64,000 nt of DNA from the human T2T-CHM13v2.0 reference genome, Homo sapiens: the NCBI RefSeq assembly GCF_009914755.1, contig NC_060933.1. One strand, 5' to 3'. Below are positions 27,190-37,865 of this stretch, piece by piece (positions within the stretch are counted from its first letter, which is position 1; every line of letters begins with the position of its first letter). The notes beneath the pieces were generated by a model. It was given only the letters and a program-made list of their open reading frames with translations. It made no database searches and was not told the origin of the DNA. The translations under genes were made by a program, and so were the position numbers.

Positions 27190-27720
27190 TTATATATTGC
27201 AGCATAAAGTAATATCCCAAAATGTAGAGACATAAAATAACATTAGGGACATCATTTCATGAGTCAGGACTTCAGGAGGGTTGCAGATTACTTGGTATCT
27301 TTTCCGTAGTTGTGTTCAGATGTTGGATAGGACTGCAGTCATCTGAAGGCTTGTCTGGATGGAATGCTCAAGATAATTCCCTCACATATAGCTCACAGCT
27401 AAGGCTGGCTCTTGCTTAGGCATTCACTGGGTAATGCTGATAAGAAGACCAGTACAAGGTGTTTTTACCAGTTCTGTCTCAAAGCAATCAAACTTCTTGC
27501 ATAGCAGCTGTATTCACCGAGGGCAAGAATCTCAAGAGAAGCAGGCTAAAGCTGCATGACCTTTGATATCAAAAGTGTAACTTTTAACTTTATTCCTCTA
27601 TTCGAAGTTCTCACAAGCTCAATCATTGTCAAGGATGAGTATAGACCTCACTTTTTGATTAATTGTTCTTTGCCAAAAGGGAGGAAAGACCATATCAACA
27701 GAGTTTCATATGATCTCCAC
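27190..27720 (-). mobile_element. MLT1 (G/H-like) MaLR LTR
   Basis: ggactgcagtcatctgaaggcttgtctgg...caagataattccctcacat...caagagaagcaggctaaagctgcatgacct. Confidence 0.65.
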
Positions 27721-28723
27721 TTTTTATTGTTCAAGTCTGCTAATGGATGGCGGAAAGTTTATTTTTTAAATGTATAGTAAAAATATCTAAGCTGTAACTT
27801 GGCACATATTTCAGTAGAAACGTAAATGTTATAACCTTTATAAAAGTTATGGCTTGATTTATGCAAACAGATTTGGGCTTGTTATTTTTAAGACTTTTGT
27901 GTAAATTTATACTTAATATACACAATTGGCTCTTGGTATGTTCTGTAAATGTGAGTAGACACCTAGATTCATCCTGAGGCAGGTCCTCAGTATGTAGGCA
28001 TTAGAGAGCAAGTATATATCAAACAGTCACTCAAAACAAATACACCTTAACCAGCTTTGAAGAGAATACTATTGTTTAAGAGCTGATAGGGTTATAACAA
28101 AAAACATTTTTTTCTCTTGAGTAGCTTATATCTTAGTTTTGTGGAAGAAAATGTAAAAATTCAAAGATATATAAAGCAAATGACAGGCAATCATTTCTGT
28201 AGTGGATCAGTGTAGAGAAAAAGGTCCTTTTGGTAAAAAATGTAATAGGTTATTTAAATTCCTAATGTTAGATGCTGTAAATGTGAAGCAAATTTCCTAA
28301 AGAACTGCATGGAACATGTTTCTTTACTTTTATGTTGAGAGTCCCTCATCAGCTTGTGACCCAGAACAGCTTTTAAAATAATCTCTATGAGAAAGCCAAG
28401 GTTTACGTGCTTCTCATCTGAGAGGTAAGTAATGCATTATCCATCACAACCCTATATAGTGCTTGGTGGTCATTGGAGATATAGTGAAGGCAAAGGTCCA
28501 TTTGCCTAGCTGAATTTTAGAATGTTCCACATGCCTTGTGACACAAGTTTTCTTGAAACTCAGCACAAAGAATAAACACAGTATTGCAATTCCTTTGGTT
28601 TCCAATGTCATTATCATTGTAATAACCTAAGGTTTATAATGAGCAAGTGTGACAATCAGCAAATCATTTAAATGTGCTATCAATTATTACATAATATTAA
28701 GAGTTAGAGAATAACTATAAATT

Positions 28724-29131
28724 TGTTGGGGTGATGAGACCCAACACCAGGTCGTGGGGGTAACAAAGTCCGGCAGAGTCAAAGGATTGAGAAAAAGACA
28801 GTGAGAGAAAAAAAAAGGTTGCACACCAGGGGGCCATCACTATTATATGGAGGCTGCGAAGGCCACAAGCTCTGAGCCCATGGTATTTATTGGTAATCCA
28901 ACAAACAGGTGGTGAGAATGTGGAGGTCAAAAGGACACGTTGCATTAAGCACATGATTTACAGCTGTGATGGTTTAGCATTATAAGGAACATGTTTTCTG
29001 CTACTTGAGATAATGGGAATAGGAGTCTAGAAGGGCTAGAAGCAAGGAGCCAGCAAGTCTAGACACATTCCAGAGGACAAATGCAAGCCCTGCCTCAGTT
29101 TCCCTCCCAACACTCAGCTTTTTCCCCAACA
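28724..29131 (-). repeat. 3' LTR (LTR14A/B-type)
   Basis: TG...CA bounded (tgttggggtgatg...tttccccaaca); minus-strand AATAAA; homologous to 33488-33897. Confidence 0.88.
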
Positions 29132-29149
29132 TGCCCCCCCTTTCTTTTT
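29132..29149 (-). promoter_or_regulatory. Polypurine tract
   Basis: Minus strand aaaaagaaaggggggg immediately before the 3' LTR. Confidence 0.85.
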
Positions 29150-29839
29150 AGTAAAAGAGAAGGTATTATTGCTATCATTATTACTAGCATAAGAGGTGGC
29201 CTCTTTTAATTGAACAAGGCAATTGCAGGCTGTGCAGCCCTTAATTGCCAGTTGGTGATCCAGCTTCATTTTTCTTAGCGCTTATTCAGACTGGAGTCAC
29301 CTCTGGTTCGAATGCTTCCCACATATTTCCCCTTTTCCTTTTACAAGAGGACCCTTAATCCTAGGGGTTGCAGGAGGATGAAGCTCCGTCTTCTGTAACT
29401 TCATGCTGAATAGGGGCGATGATACTCCTGCCTAACTATTAGGGTCTCTTGTATTCAGGGTAGAGAGGAGCTGAGTTAGAAAGCATTGATCCATTAAGCA
29501 TTGTTGACTCTGGTTGGTCCTCCTTCCATCTTAGCATTCAGATTCAACTGGCTCATGGCTCATACTGGGGGAACCTGGTGCATGGTTGGGATCCATGGAT
29601 CCCTCCAGTCTCCCGTTCCATGGTCATACACATCTTGAGGGCATCCACACAGTTCATTCATCTCCTGCAAAAACACAAGCATACCCTCATATGCCCACGT
29701 TAGTAAATCTACCAAAACAGAAGCAAAAAAACTTGTGGCTATAGCCAGGAGTCCACCAATAATGAGAAACAGGTCTTTTCTGATTAACAGAAGGCATAGA
29801 GAAAGAAAACTGAGGCTTTTCAAACCTTCAATTTGCACT

Positions 29840-29968
29840 GTACAGGTGGTACCACTAGATGCTGTGGCTCATGATAGATCTTCAGATGTTTGGTGGGCAC
29901 CCACATAGGCACCTGATTGTCACCTGGGGAGACACAAGCAAATCCTCTTTCCCATAAAATTGTCTTTG
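29840..29968 (-). pseudogene. HML integrase C-terminal remnant
   Basis: Minus strand reads (frameshifted) [30 protein letters not shown], cf. betaretroviral [11 protein letters not shown]. Confidence 0.8.
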
Positions 29969-30017
29969 GGCAGGGATCGGAGGAAGTAGACTCAGAGGTA
30001 AGGAGAATTTGGGGGCC

Positions 30018-32720
30018 TAAATGGCTTCCTGATTTTGATAGGGAATTCCTAACTTTCGAGGGAATACCTTTCTCTCCATATTGTTATGTGAGCATGGAGG
30101 ACTAGCAAAGCATAGTTAGAGCTGTATATATATTTACCCTTTTTCCTTCTAATTCAAGTGTATAATGGCCCCTGCTTTTGCTAGGATGTCTTTCCCTAAC
30201 AAAGGAGTGGGGCTTTCAAGGCATAATTAGAAAGGCTTGTGAAAAGAGTAAAGTTCTCCAGTCACAACTTAGTGGCTGGGAGAAGTATCTAGTGACTGCC
30301 TGTCCTAGGACCCCTCAGATAGTGACAAATCTGGAGGACAGTTGTCTGGGACAGGAGAGTAAGATTGAGAAGCCCGCACCAGTGTCTAGGGAATAGTTAA
30401 CCTCCTGGCCCTCAGTGGTCAAGCATACCTGGGGCTCTGTGAGGGCGATGGCATGGGCTGGAGTTTGCCCCGGACACCCTCAGTCCTGCTGCTGGGTCAT
30501 CTGGTTAGTGACTTCTGACTCAAAGGACCTTCATCCCCTGGGGCAGTGGGCCTTCCAGTGATTCCCTTGACATAAGGGGCATGGACGAGGGGGAGGCTTA
30601 TTTCTATTCAGTCTTTTTTAAAGTGTCCTTGTAGACCGCACTGGAAGCAAGCCCTATTAGCCATTTGATCTGCCCAGCCTTTCCCTTTTCCAGAGCCTCC
30701 AAAGTCCGCTTGCCTGAGGGTCATGACTAAAGCAGTGTGTTCTGCCTGCTCCTGATCTCAAAAAACAAACAAACAAACAACAACAACAAAAAACCACACA
30801 CACGAGGTTGCCAAGTTCAATAGGGTTTCTAAGTTTTAGCTCCGGGCCTAAGGTGGACTTTTGAAGTTTTTTCTAATGTCTGCAGCTGACTGAGTGATAA
30901 ACTTCAAGATTAGTTGGCCTTCAATAGAGTCAGGTGACAGAGAGGTATGCTTCTTCAATGCCTCCCCCTTTGTCTCTCCAGAAAGGCAGTAGGGATTTCT
31001 TCCTTTCCCTGTGTTATAGTGGACATCATTAATTTATAGGCTTTTTCCTAGTTTTCCTTAGTCCTTCTAGCACACAAGTTAGCAAATGTCCGCTGCACCA
31101 ATCTCCATATTCTGATTCTGTGTCCCAATGAGGGTCTACACTGGGAACTGCCTGCTGGCCTGTGGGGAATTGTTCTCTTTCCTCTGTTGTCAGCCTATCA
31201 TTGACCTGAGATACCAGAGATCGCCAAACTCTCAGGATGCAGTTACGGCGGCACTTCTCTCATTTGAGGTTACTGTCTGATCTAGCAGTAACATTGTATC
31301 TCTCCATGTCAGATCAAAGGATTGTCCTAACCCTTGTAAAACATCAGTATAGCCATCAGGATTATCTGATAATTTACCTAGGTCTATTTTAATTTGCTTC
31401 AAGTCTGAGACGGAAAAAGGTTCATGCACTCTGGACCGAATTCTCCAGAATACATCTTAGGGGGGGGTTTTGCCTTGGGGTTGGGGGGAACATTTCCCAT
31501 CTGAAACAAGAACATAGGGATGCCAGCACCTCTAGTCATTTTCTGATGAGCATTAGTTCTACAGCGTCCTCTATGGTCCTAATGCTTATTCTTTTCCAGG
31601 GTGTGTCACCACCCGTGGACCTCTGCTTATCGGATTAGTTATGCTCACCAATGTAGCAGTCCTGCACCTGTTTTCCCGCCTTTCTTGACCACAGAGAAAG
31701 GGGTCCGGGCTGCTAGATTCTAGTGGTCCTTTACCAGCGTGCCCAACATTGCCTTTGCACTCAGAGGTGAATTATAGAGCTGAGCTGGGTTCCTATTTCA
31801 TAACCCAGCTGCCCCATTAAGACGCATTCCCATAAACAGTTCTTACACAAATTCATTTCAGAGAGTGTAGGTAACATCTTGAGTCAGGATTGAGAGAGTT
31901 TTTTGATTCTGTAAATACTTTAAGGCTTGGCTGAGTGCTAACAGCTCACATGTTTGAGCAGACCAAGTATTAGGCAATTCTTCTAACTCTGCTTCTACAA
32001 GAGTTTCCCTATCAATTACTGAATACCCATTGTATTTTTTCCCCCCTCAATCACCTGGGAGGAACCATCTATCATCCTGTCCTGAAGGGAGTTTCTCCTA
32101 GGTCTGGTCAGACCTTTGTATGGTAATTAAGATTTAAATCCCTCATTAGGAAACCTGCTGGGTTAAGGGAATTTTCAGTGGTTAATGTTAAAAGGAAAAA
32201 AAGTTGATTTAATATATATGTATTTTTATTATACTTTAAGTTCTAGGGTACATGTGCACAAACCTGCACGTTAAATCGCCTTTTTGTAATAGAGTAGCCC
32301 CATACTTTGAGTTAGTAAGCTACCTTTTTGTTTTTAATTTAGGATAGTTCTGAACTGGCGAGGTGTGCTCACAACAAGGTTTCCTCTACAAGTTATTTTT
32401 CTACTTTCTTCTGCTAGCAAAGAAGTTGCCGCTACTGATGGAATGCATTTTGGCCATCCGCGGGTTACTGGGTAAGGATTTTTCTTAGGAAGGCTACTGG
32501 TTGTCAGTGGTCTCAGTGCTTTCGGGCTACGCCCTTGTTTACACTGACAACAAGGTAGTATTGGAGTGTTACAGGGTCACGGAGAAGACCTTCGATTATC
32601 AATTATAGGTTTTAAATTTACCCTGGCTTTTAAAAAGAATAGGGTACACTTAAAAAAAACTACTTCTATATCTTTCTCCTTTGTAGGTGGATTTTGGAAA
32701 CACAGCGGGAGGACGTTTGC
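30018..32720 (-). pseudogene. HERV-W (HERV17) leader, gag, pro and RNaseH fragment with internal deletions
   Basis: gag ATG at 31500 (MGNVPP...), SDLKQIKIDLGKLSDNPDGYTDVLQGLGQSFDLTWRD, protease SLDTGAGFSILL / PLLGKDILAKAGAII, RNaseH GKRVNIYT...LVLHAH. Confidence 0.85.
32213..32272 (-). mobile_element. Ultra-short L1PA 3' tip inserted in the HERV-W leader
   Basis: tttttattatactttaagttctagggtacatgtgcacaa is the reverse complement of the L1PA 3' end. Confidence 0.85.
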
Positions 32721-33337
32721 TGTCCTCCCTGCTGGATTATAGTTATGGGAAATTGCCATGCTTCGAGATCTCCCTGGACTCTAGCCTTTTGAATAGAATT
32801 TTGTATAGCACCACCAATTGCTCCAGGTTTTAATGTTGCAACTACGGGAGCTGTACGTTTTGTAGCTAATTCATCTTCTTGCCCATTAAGAGGCGAAAGA
32901 GGAGTTGGCCTTTCACTTAGTTCAGCAGGTAGAGCTAACGGGCTAGTAAAACATGCTTTTTTCAGTTTCCCTTTTAATTTCCTCTGGTTTCGGTTCCTCA
33001 CATTTAGAATCTGAGGTTAGTTTTCCACGCTCATCTTCCTTTTCCTCATTTGAACCTGCCTCATCTGTTTGAAATGGCTCAAGAGCTACTTTTATTAGCA
33101 CCCACACTGACCAAACCAAGACTGGACTTTCTGTTCTATCTTTATACACTTTTTAAAAATCTGCCAATTATCTCCCATTCATCCAACTCCGTAGTCCCTT
33201 GCTCCGGGAACCATGGGCAAAACTACTTTACTACACTAAAGAGTGAGTGATAAATTGAGTGCTAACTTTCACTCCCCCTCTTCATAATAAATGCCTTACG
33301 AAATTTAAGTAAGCAGAATGCCTTCACTTTGTCCCAT
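32720..33337 (-). pseudogene. HML-1 gag 5' part (MA/p15), disrupted
   Basis: ATG at 33337 MGQSE..., FCPWFPEQGTTELDEWEIIG, QKARVQGDLEAWQFPITII. Confidence 0.85.
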
Positions 33338-33464
33338 TGTTACCCTGGTTCCTCCCAGCGCTCAGCTTTCCCACCGAGCTTCGTTTTAGACTTCCTCGGG
33401 TGTCCTTTGATAATGCATCCCCCACTTTCGCACGCTCTGGCGTTCTTTCACCGGGGTCTTTGTC

Positions 33465-33483
33465 GCCCCAAGTTGGGCAGCCG
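33465..33483 (-). promoter_or_regulatory. Primer binding site, tRNA-Lys type (degenerate)
   Basis: Minus strand cggctgcccaacttggggc vs canonical TGGCGCCCAACGTGGGGC, just inside the 5' LTR. Confidence 0.75.
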
Positions 33484-33487
33484 GGAA

Positions 33488-33897
33488 TGTTAGAGTGATC
33501 AGACCCAACACCAGGTAGGTCGTGGGCGTGACAAAGTCCAGCAGAGTCAAAGGATTAGAGAAAAAGACACAGAGAAAAAGGTGGTAAACCAGAGGCCATC
33601 GCTATTGTACGGAGGCTGCGAAGGCCCCATGATCTGGGAGCCCATGGTATTTATTGGTAATCCAACAAAGAAACAGGTGGGCAGAATGTGGAGGTCAAAA
33701 GGACACGTTGCATCAAGCACATGATTTACAGCTGTGACGGTTTAACATTTATATGAAACATATTCTGCTACCTGAGATAATGGGAATAGGAGCCTAGGAG
33801 GCTAGAAGCAAGGAGCCAGGAAGTCTAGACACATTTCAGAGGACATTATGCAAGCCCTGCCTCAGTTTCCCTCCCAACACTCAGCTTTTTCCTGAAA
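33488..33897 (-). repeat. 5' LTR (LTR14A/B-type)
   Basis: Direct repeat of 28724-29131 with scattered mismatches; outer terminus degenerate. Confidence 0.88.
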
Positions 33898-34489
33898 AAT
33901 TTCCTATTAACCCACATGTATGGGTATTCATTTGACACTTAGACCATGATATTGTGATATATATTTGGTGGTATGCTTTCCTGTGGGATTACTCAGTGAA
34001 TATTTTATATTGTTATCATTAGCATTTACCTAGTTCTTTTCCTTCCCCTTCCATACAAACATCTGCTGCATCCTACCTCAATCATGCATTCTCACTTTTC
34101 ATTTTACTTTTTAAAAATATTTTATTCTTTAATCTCAGCTGGGAGATAATAAGACATGAGGAGTAGAGCCGTTACCTGGAGCAGTAACACAGACAATCAG
34201 TTACTAACAATTTGTTGGAAAAATCTCCTGAGTTTTTTTTTTATTTTACTACAGCAAAAGTGATTTGATAAACTGAGCAATTGGTCACATGAACTTAACT
34301 TGAATTGATAAGCAGAAACAGAAAGTTTGTCATTCATTGTCTTTAAGGGTAAAGGGGAATTGGGTAAATATTTGCCTTATTTTTTATGCCATCTATATTA
34401 CTATTTCCAGAATGCAGTTTTAAGATAGGGTCATTAAGTTAGTAAACTTTGCCTAGGATCATATAAACTACCTTTAGATTTCTGAGATG

Positions 34490-35450
34490 AAACAGCATTT
34501 TTTAATACTTTTACGGATCTAAGATTTATGTGTTTTATGATTTAGCTAAAATTTCAGATATATTTTTCAGTCCTATAATTTCAATTTTTAAATTTTTGCT
34601 GAGATGATCTATAGTTTCATTTATCACAAGCATATTTTACCTTATGAAATTGAACATAGTTATAGCAGCTGCCTTAAAATCCTTGTCAGCCTACTCTAAT
34701 ATCTGCTTTATCTGGAAGTTGGTCTCTGTTGAGTGTGTTTTCTCTTGTAAATAGGTCATGCTTCCTGTTTTTTCTTTTCTTTTTCCCCTGTATATTGAGT
34801 AGCTTTGTACAGTATCTTGCACACTGCGAATTTTGTGTTGTAGAAAATCTGGATTCTGTTATCATTTTTCTAAGACTAGTCACCCTTGATTTTTAAGCAG
34901 GCTGAAATCAACCTACAAAACTTGTCTCCCCCATGAAGGATGGATTTCAAATTTCAATTCAGTTCTTTTATCTGAACTGCTTGATGTCAGCTCCATTCAT
35001 GTATGGTCCAGGGCTGTGCTAGACTTCTGAGCAGTGATTAGACACAGAACTTGGTACTTTCACTATCTGGCTTTTCCATTTCTGGGACTTCATCTTTTTG
35101 AAATTCCTCCTTTACTTTTCTATAGTTGTAGTTGCTCTACACTCGATTCCCTGATTCTTCAAACCAGCACAGCTGTTTTGTGGCATATATTGGAGTTTTA
35201 AGTGCCCTGAATGTTGCAGACTTGAGCCTACCCTCAGTCTAAAAACAATAAAATATGAGAAATTTACATTTACCCAGTGCCATTCTCTTTTTCTGTAATA
35301 AGAGCTAACTCCCTTCCAGTTTCTGGCTGTGCTCCCCAAACCCCCCTCTAGTGTCTTCAAATAGGCCCCCTGTCCTCTAATTTACAGTCATCTTTAGGAG
35401 GTTTGTTTTGATAGGAGCTACTCAGCCAAATCTGAAGCAAAATTCTCAGA
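34490..35450 (-). mobile_element. Old L1M 5'UTR/ORF1 fragment
   Basis: ttatagcagctgccttaaaatccttgtcagc...ggtctctgttgagtgtgttttctctt...tagaaaatctggattctgttatc, typical of reversed L1M ORF1 5' part. Confidence 0.55.
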
Positions 35451-36658
35451 TAATATGTGAAATGCAGGTGGAGGTTTGTTATCTACAATTAATATCCATA
35501 ATTGAATTAAAAGCTTATTTTTAATCATATCGAATATATTATTCCCCATATTCCAGTCCTCCCACACTCTATTGATAGACTTTAAAAGATTGTTTTTAAA
35601 CAAAATACTCTTTATAAACTAATTTCTAGAACACTAATTAAAAGATAATGTTCATAATTATAATTTAAATGATTTATGATTTGCTTCATTTGTAATCTAC
35701 TGAGTATAAAAAAGATTTAAAATCCTTTAAAGTATTCTTCTATTTTAATAGGTATGGAATTTGAATTCTTTTGTGACACCTCTTGATGTGGCCCCTCTTA
35801 CAAGGAATTACATTTTTAAATGACTGTTTAAAAATAAGAGTGAATAGGGCCACATGTACTACAAGGAAGTAAAGAGGAAAAGAATCACAATATTTTAAAA
35901 GTAATTATTTCTTGATTAGCATGTCTTACATAAGTTATACAAATCAGTCTCCTACCATGTGTCATAAAATAAATTCTGATTAATTTATTTTATATTAGTT
36001 TATTTCTTTTTTTATGATGAGAGAAATACTTGTTTTCAGAAAAAAATGTACTTCAGTGTTGGCCACAGATGATTACAATAGAAAGTTTTAACTCTAAATT
36101 TAAATTCTGACAAACACAGCTACTCTGTTTCTCCTCCAGACTAATAAAGTCTTTGCATAAACCAAGCATATTCTGGTGAGTCAATATGACAAATAAATTG
36201 AATTCATGCCCAAACTAATAATTTGCATACATTTACCAACAGTGCATGCTCTGTTTCATTTCTCTTGATACATAATCACTATAAATATAGGCTATTTGCA
36301 ATACAAAACATAAGTTATCTACAAAAGCATTACTTATTCACACTGATATCATTTATATGTAAGATATTCTGTTCAGTTTGAACAGACCAATTTATTATTA
36401 TATACAGAAAAGCTAGTCATAAATCCTATCTGGTTTTGCTTTCATGTTGAATCATATTTCTTGTACTCCTTAATTTAAATCTAGTTTCATTCACAAAAAT
36501 CATTGTGTGGCATATATCACTGTCTTATTTACTATTTTGGTGATATAAAATAAAATATTATCATGTTCTTGAAAAAGCAAGTATCACATAACAGCAAAGT
36601 AGAAGGTAATCACCAATAATATTTATATATTTATTTCTATGATCTCTTTAAAGTTAAA

Positions 36659-37075
36659 TGTTAATACAATTTGAATGTATGTCCCTGTCAAGTGTCATGT
36701 TGAACTTGAACTAATCCCCAATGTTTGCAAGTGGGGCCTGGGAGGTGTTTGGGCTCTGGGGATGGCTTGGGCCATCCTTTTGGTGATAAGTGAACTCTCA
36801 CTCTGAGTTCACATGAGATTCAATCATTAAATAGTGTGGGCACCTCGCCTGCCACTCTCTCTCTCTCTTCTTCCTGCATTGCCCTTGGCTATGTGATGTG
36901 CTTGTTTCTGCTTTGTCTTCTACCATGAGTAAAAGTTTCCCGAAGTCTCCCCAGAAGCAGATGTCTGCACTGTGCTTCTTGTACAGCCTGAAGAACCATG
37001 AGCCAAGTAAGCCACTTTTCTTTATAAATTACTTAGTCTGAGGGATTTCTTTATAGCAATGCAAGAATGGCCATT
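36659..37075 (+). mobile_element. MST (MSTB-like) MaLR solo LTR
   Basis: tttgaatgtatgtccc...tctgagttcacatgagat...tttctttatagcaatgcaagaatggcc. Confidence 0.85.
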
Positions 37076-37865
37076 TGTATTAACGAATATATATTTCTTT
37101 GTTAAATGTACACAAAATATGTTGCATGTAGTTCATCTTTGTGTCTATTTTAAATATATTTGGGTTAAAATCAAATAGGAGGGAGCCATGGTTTGTTTGC
37201 TTGTAGTAAGCACATTCTGTTCCTAATATATTTTTTTTCCAAGAATTTGTATGTATATTAACTTACAGTTGTGAACCCATGAGCACTGTTGCAGTAACAA
37301 TTTTATTTCTTAAATATTTGTAAGTCAAAGAGATGTTGAAAACTGGAAGAGAACCAAACATAGCCATTCATTTTTGTTGTATGAAAGCTAGTTTTTGTGA
37401 AGAATTGTATCTAAAATGACTATATAAAAGACACAAGTAATGACAGGTCTTAAATAATGACACAGATTTTCTAGTACATTTATCAACAAGTTAGAAGTAT
37501 TATACTAGTACAGAAGTCAAAGAAAATTCCATTATCTTTTATACAGTATATATAGTAACTAACCATATGTATTTTCATTTTATACTCCAATCAGCATTAT
37601 CCTATTGGGTTTGACAAGAATTGTAGGATTGCATTTTCAAACAAAGATATGACTAACTCTTATTTATTTATTTATTGGAAAATAGGTATTTTAATATGTA
37701 AAAGAAGAGACATTGTTAAAATAAATTCTTAAAATAATTCTTACTCTCACATAATTAGTCTTTGAATAAGAATTCTGAACTTCGTAGTTTAATAATTAAG
37801 CATATGACTGGCATCTTTAAATTTTTTCTTAGCAAAAAAACGCATATTTGCGGTATTTTATTCCA

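Larger units (their letters stand above)
28724..33897 (-). mobile_element. HERV-K14 (HML-1)-type provirus, chimeric with HERV-W
   Basis: Two ~410-bp direct-repeat LTRs, Lys-type PBS, PPT, betaretroviral MA and IN C-terminus flanking gammaretroviral (HERV-W) gag/pro/RNaseH. Confidence 0.85.
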
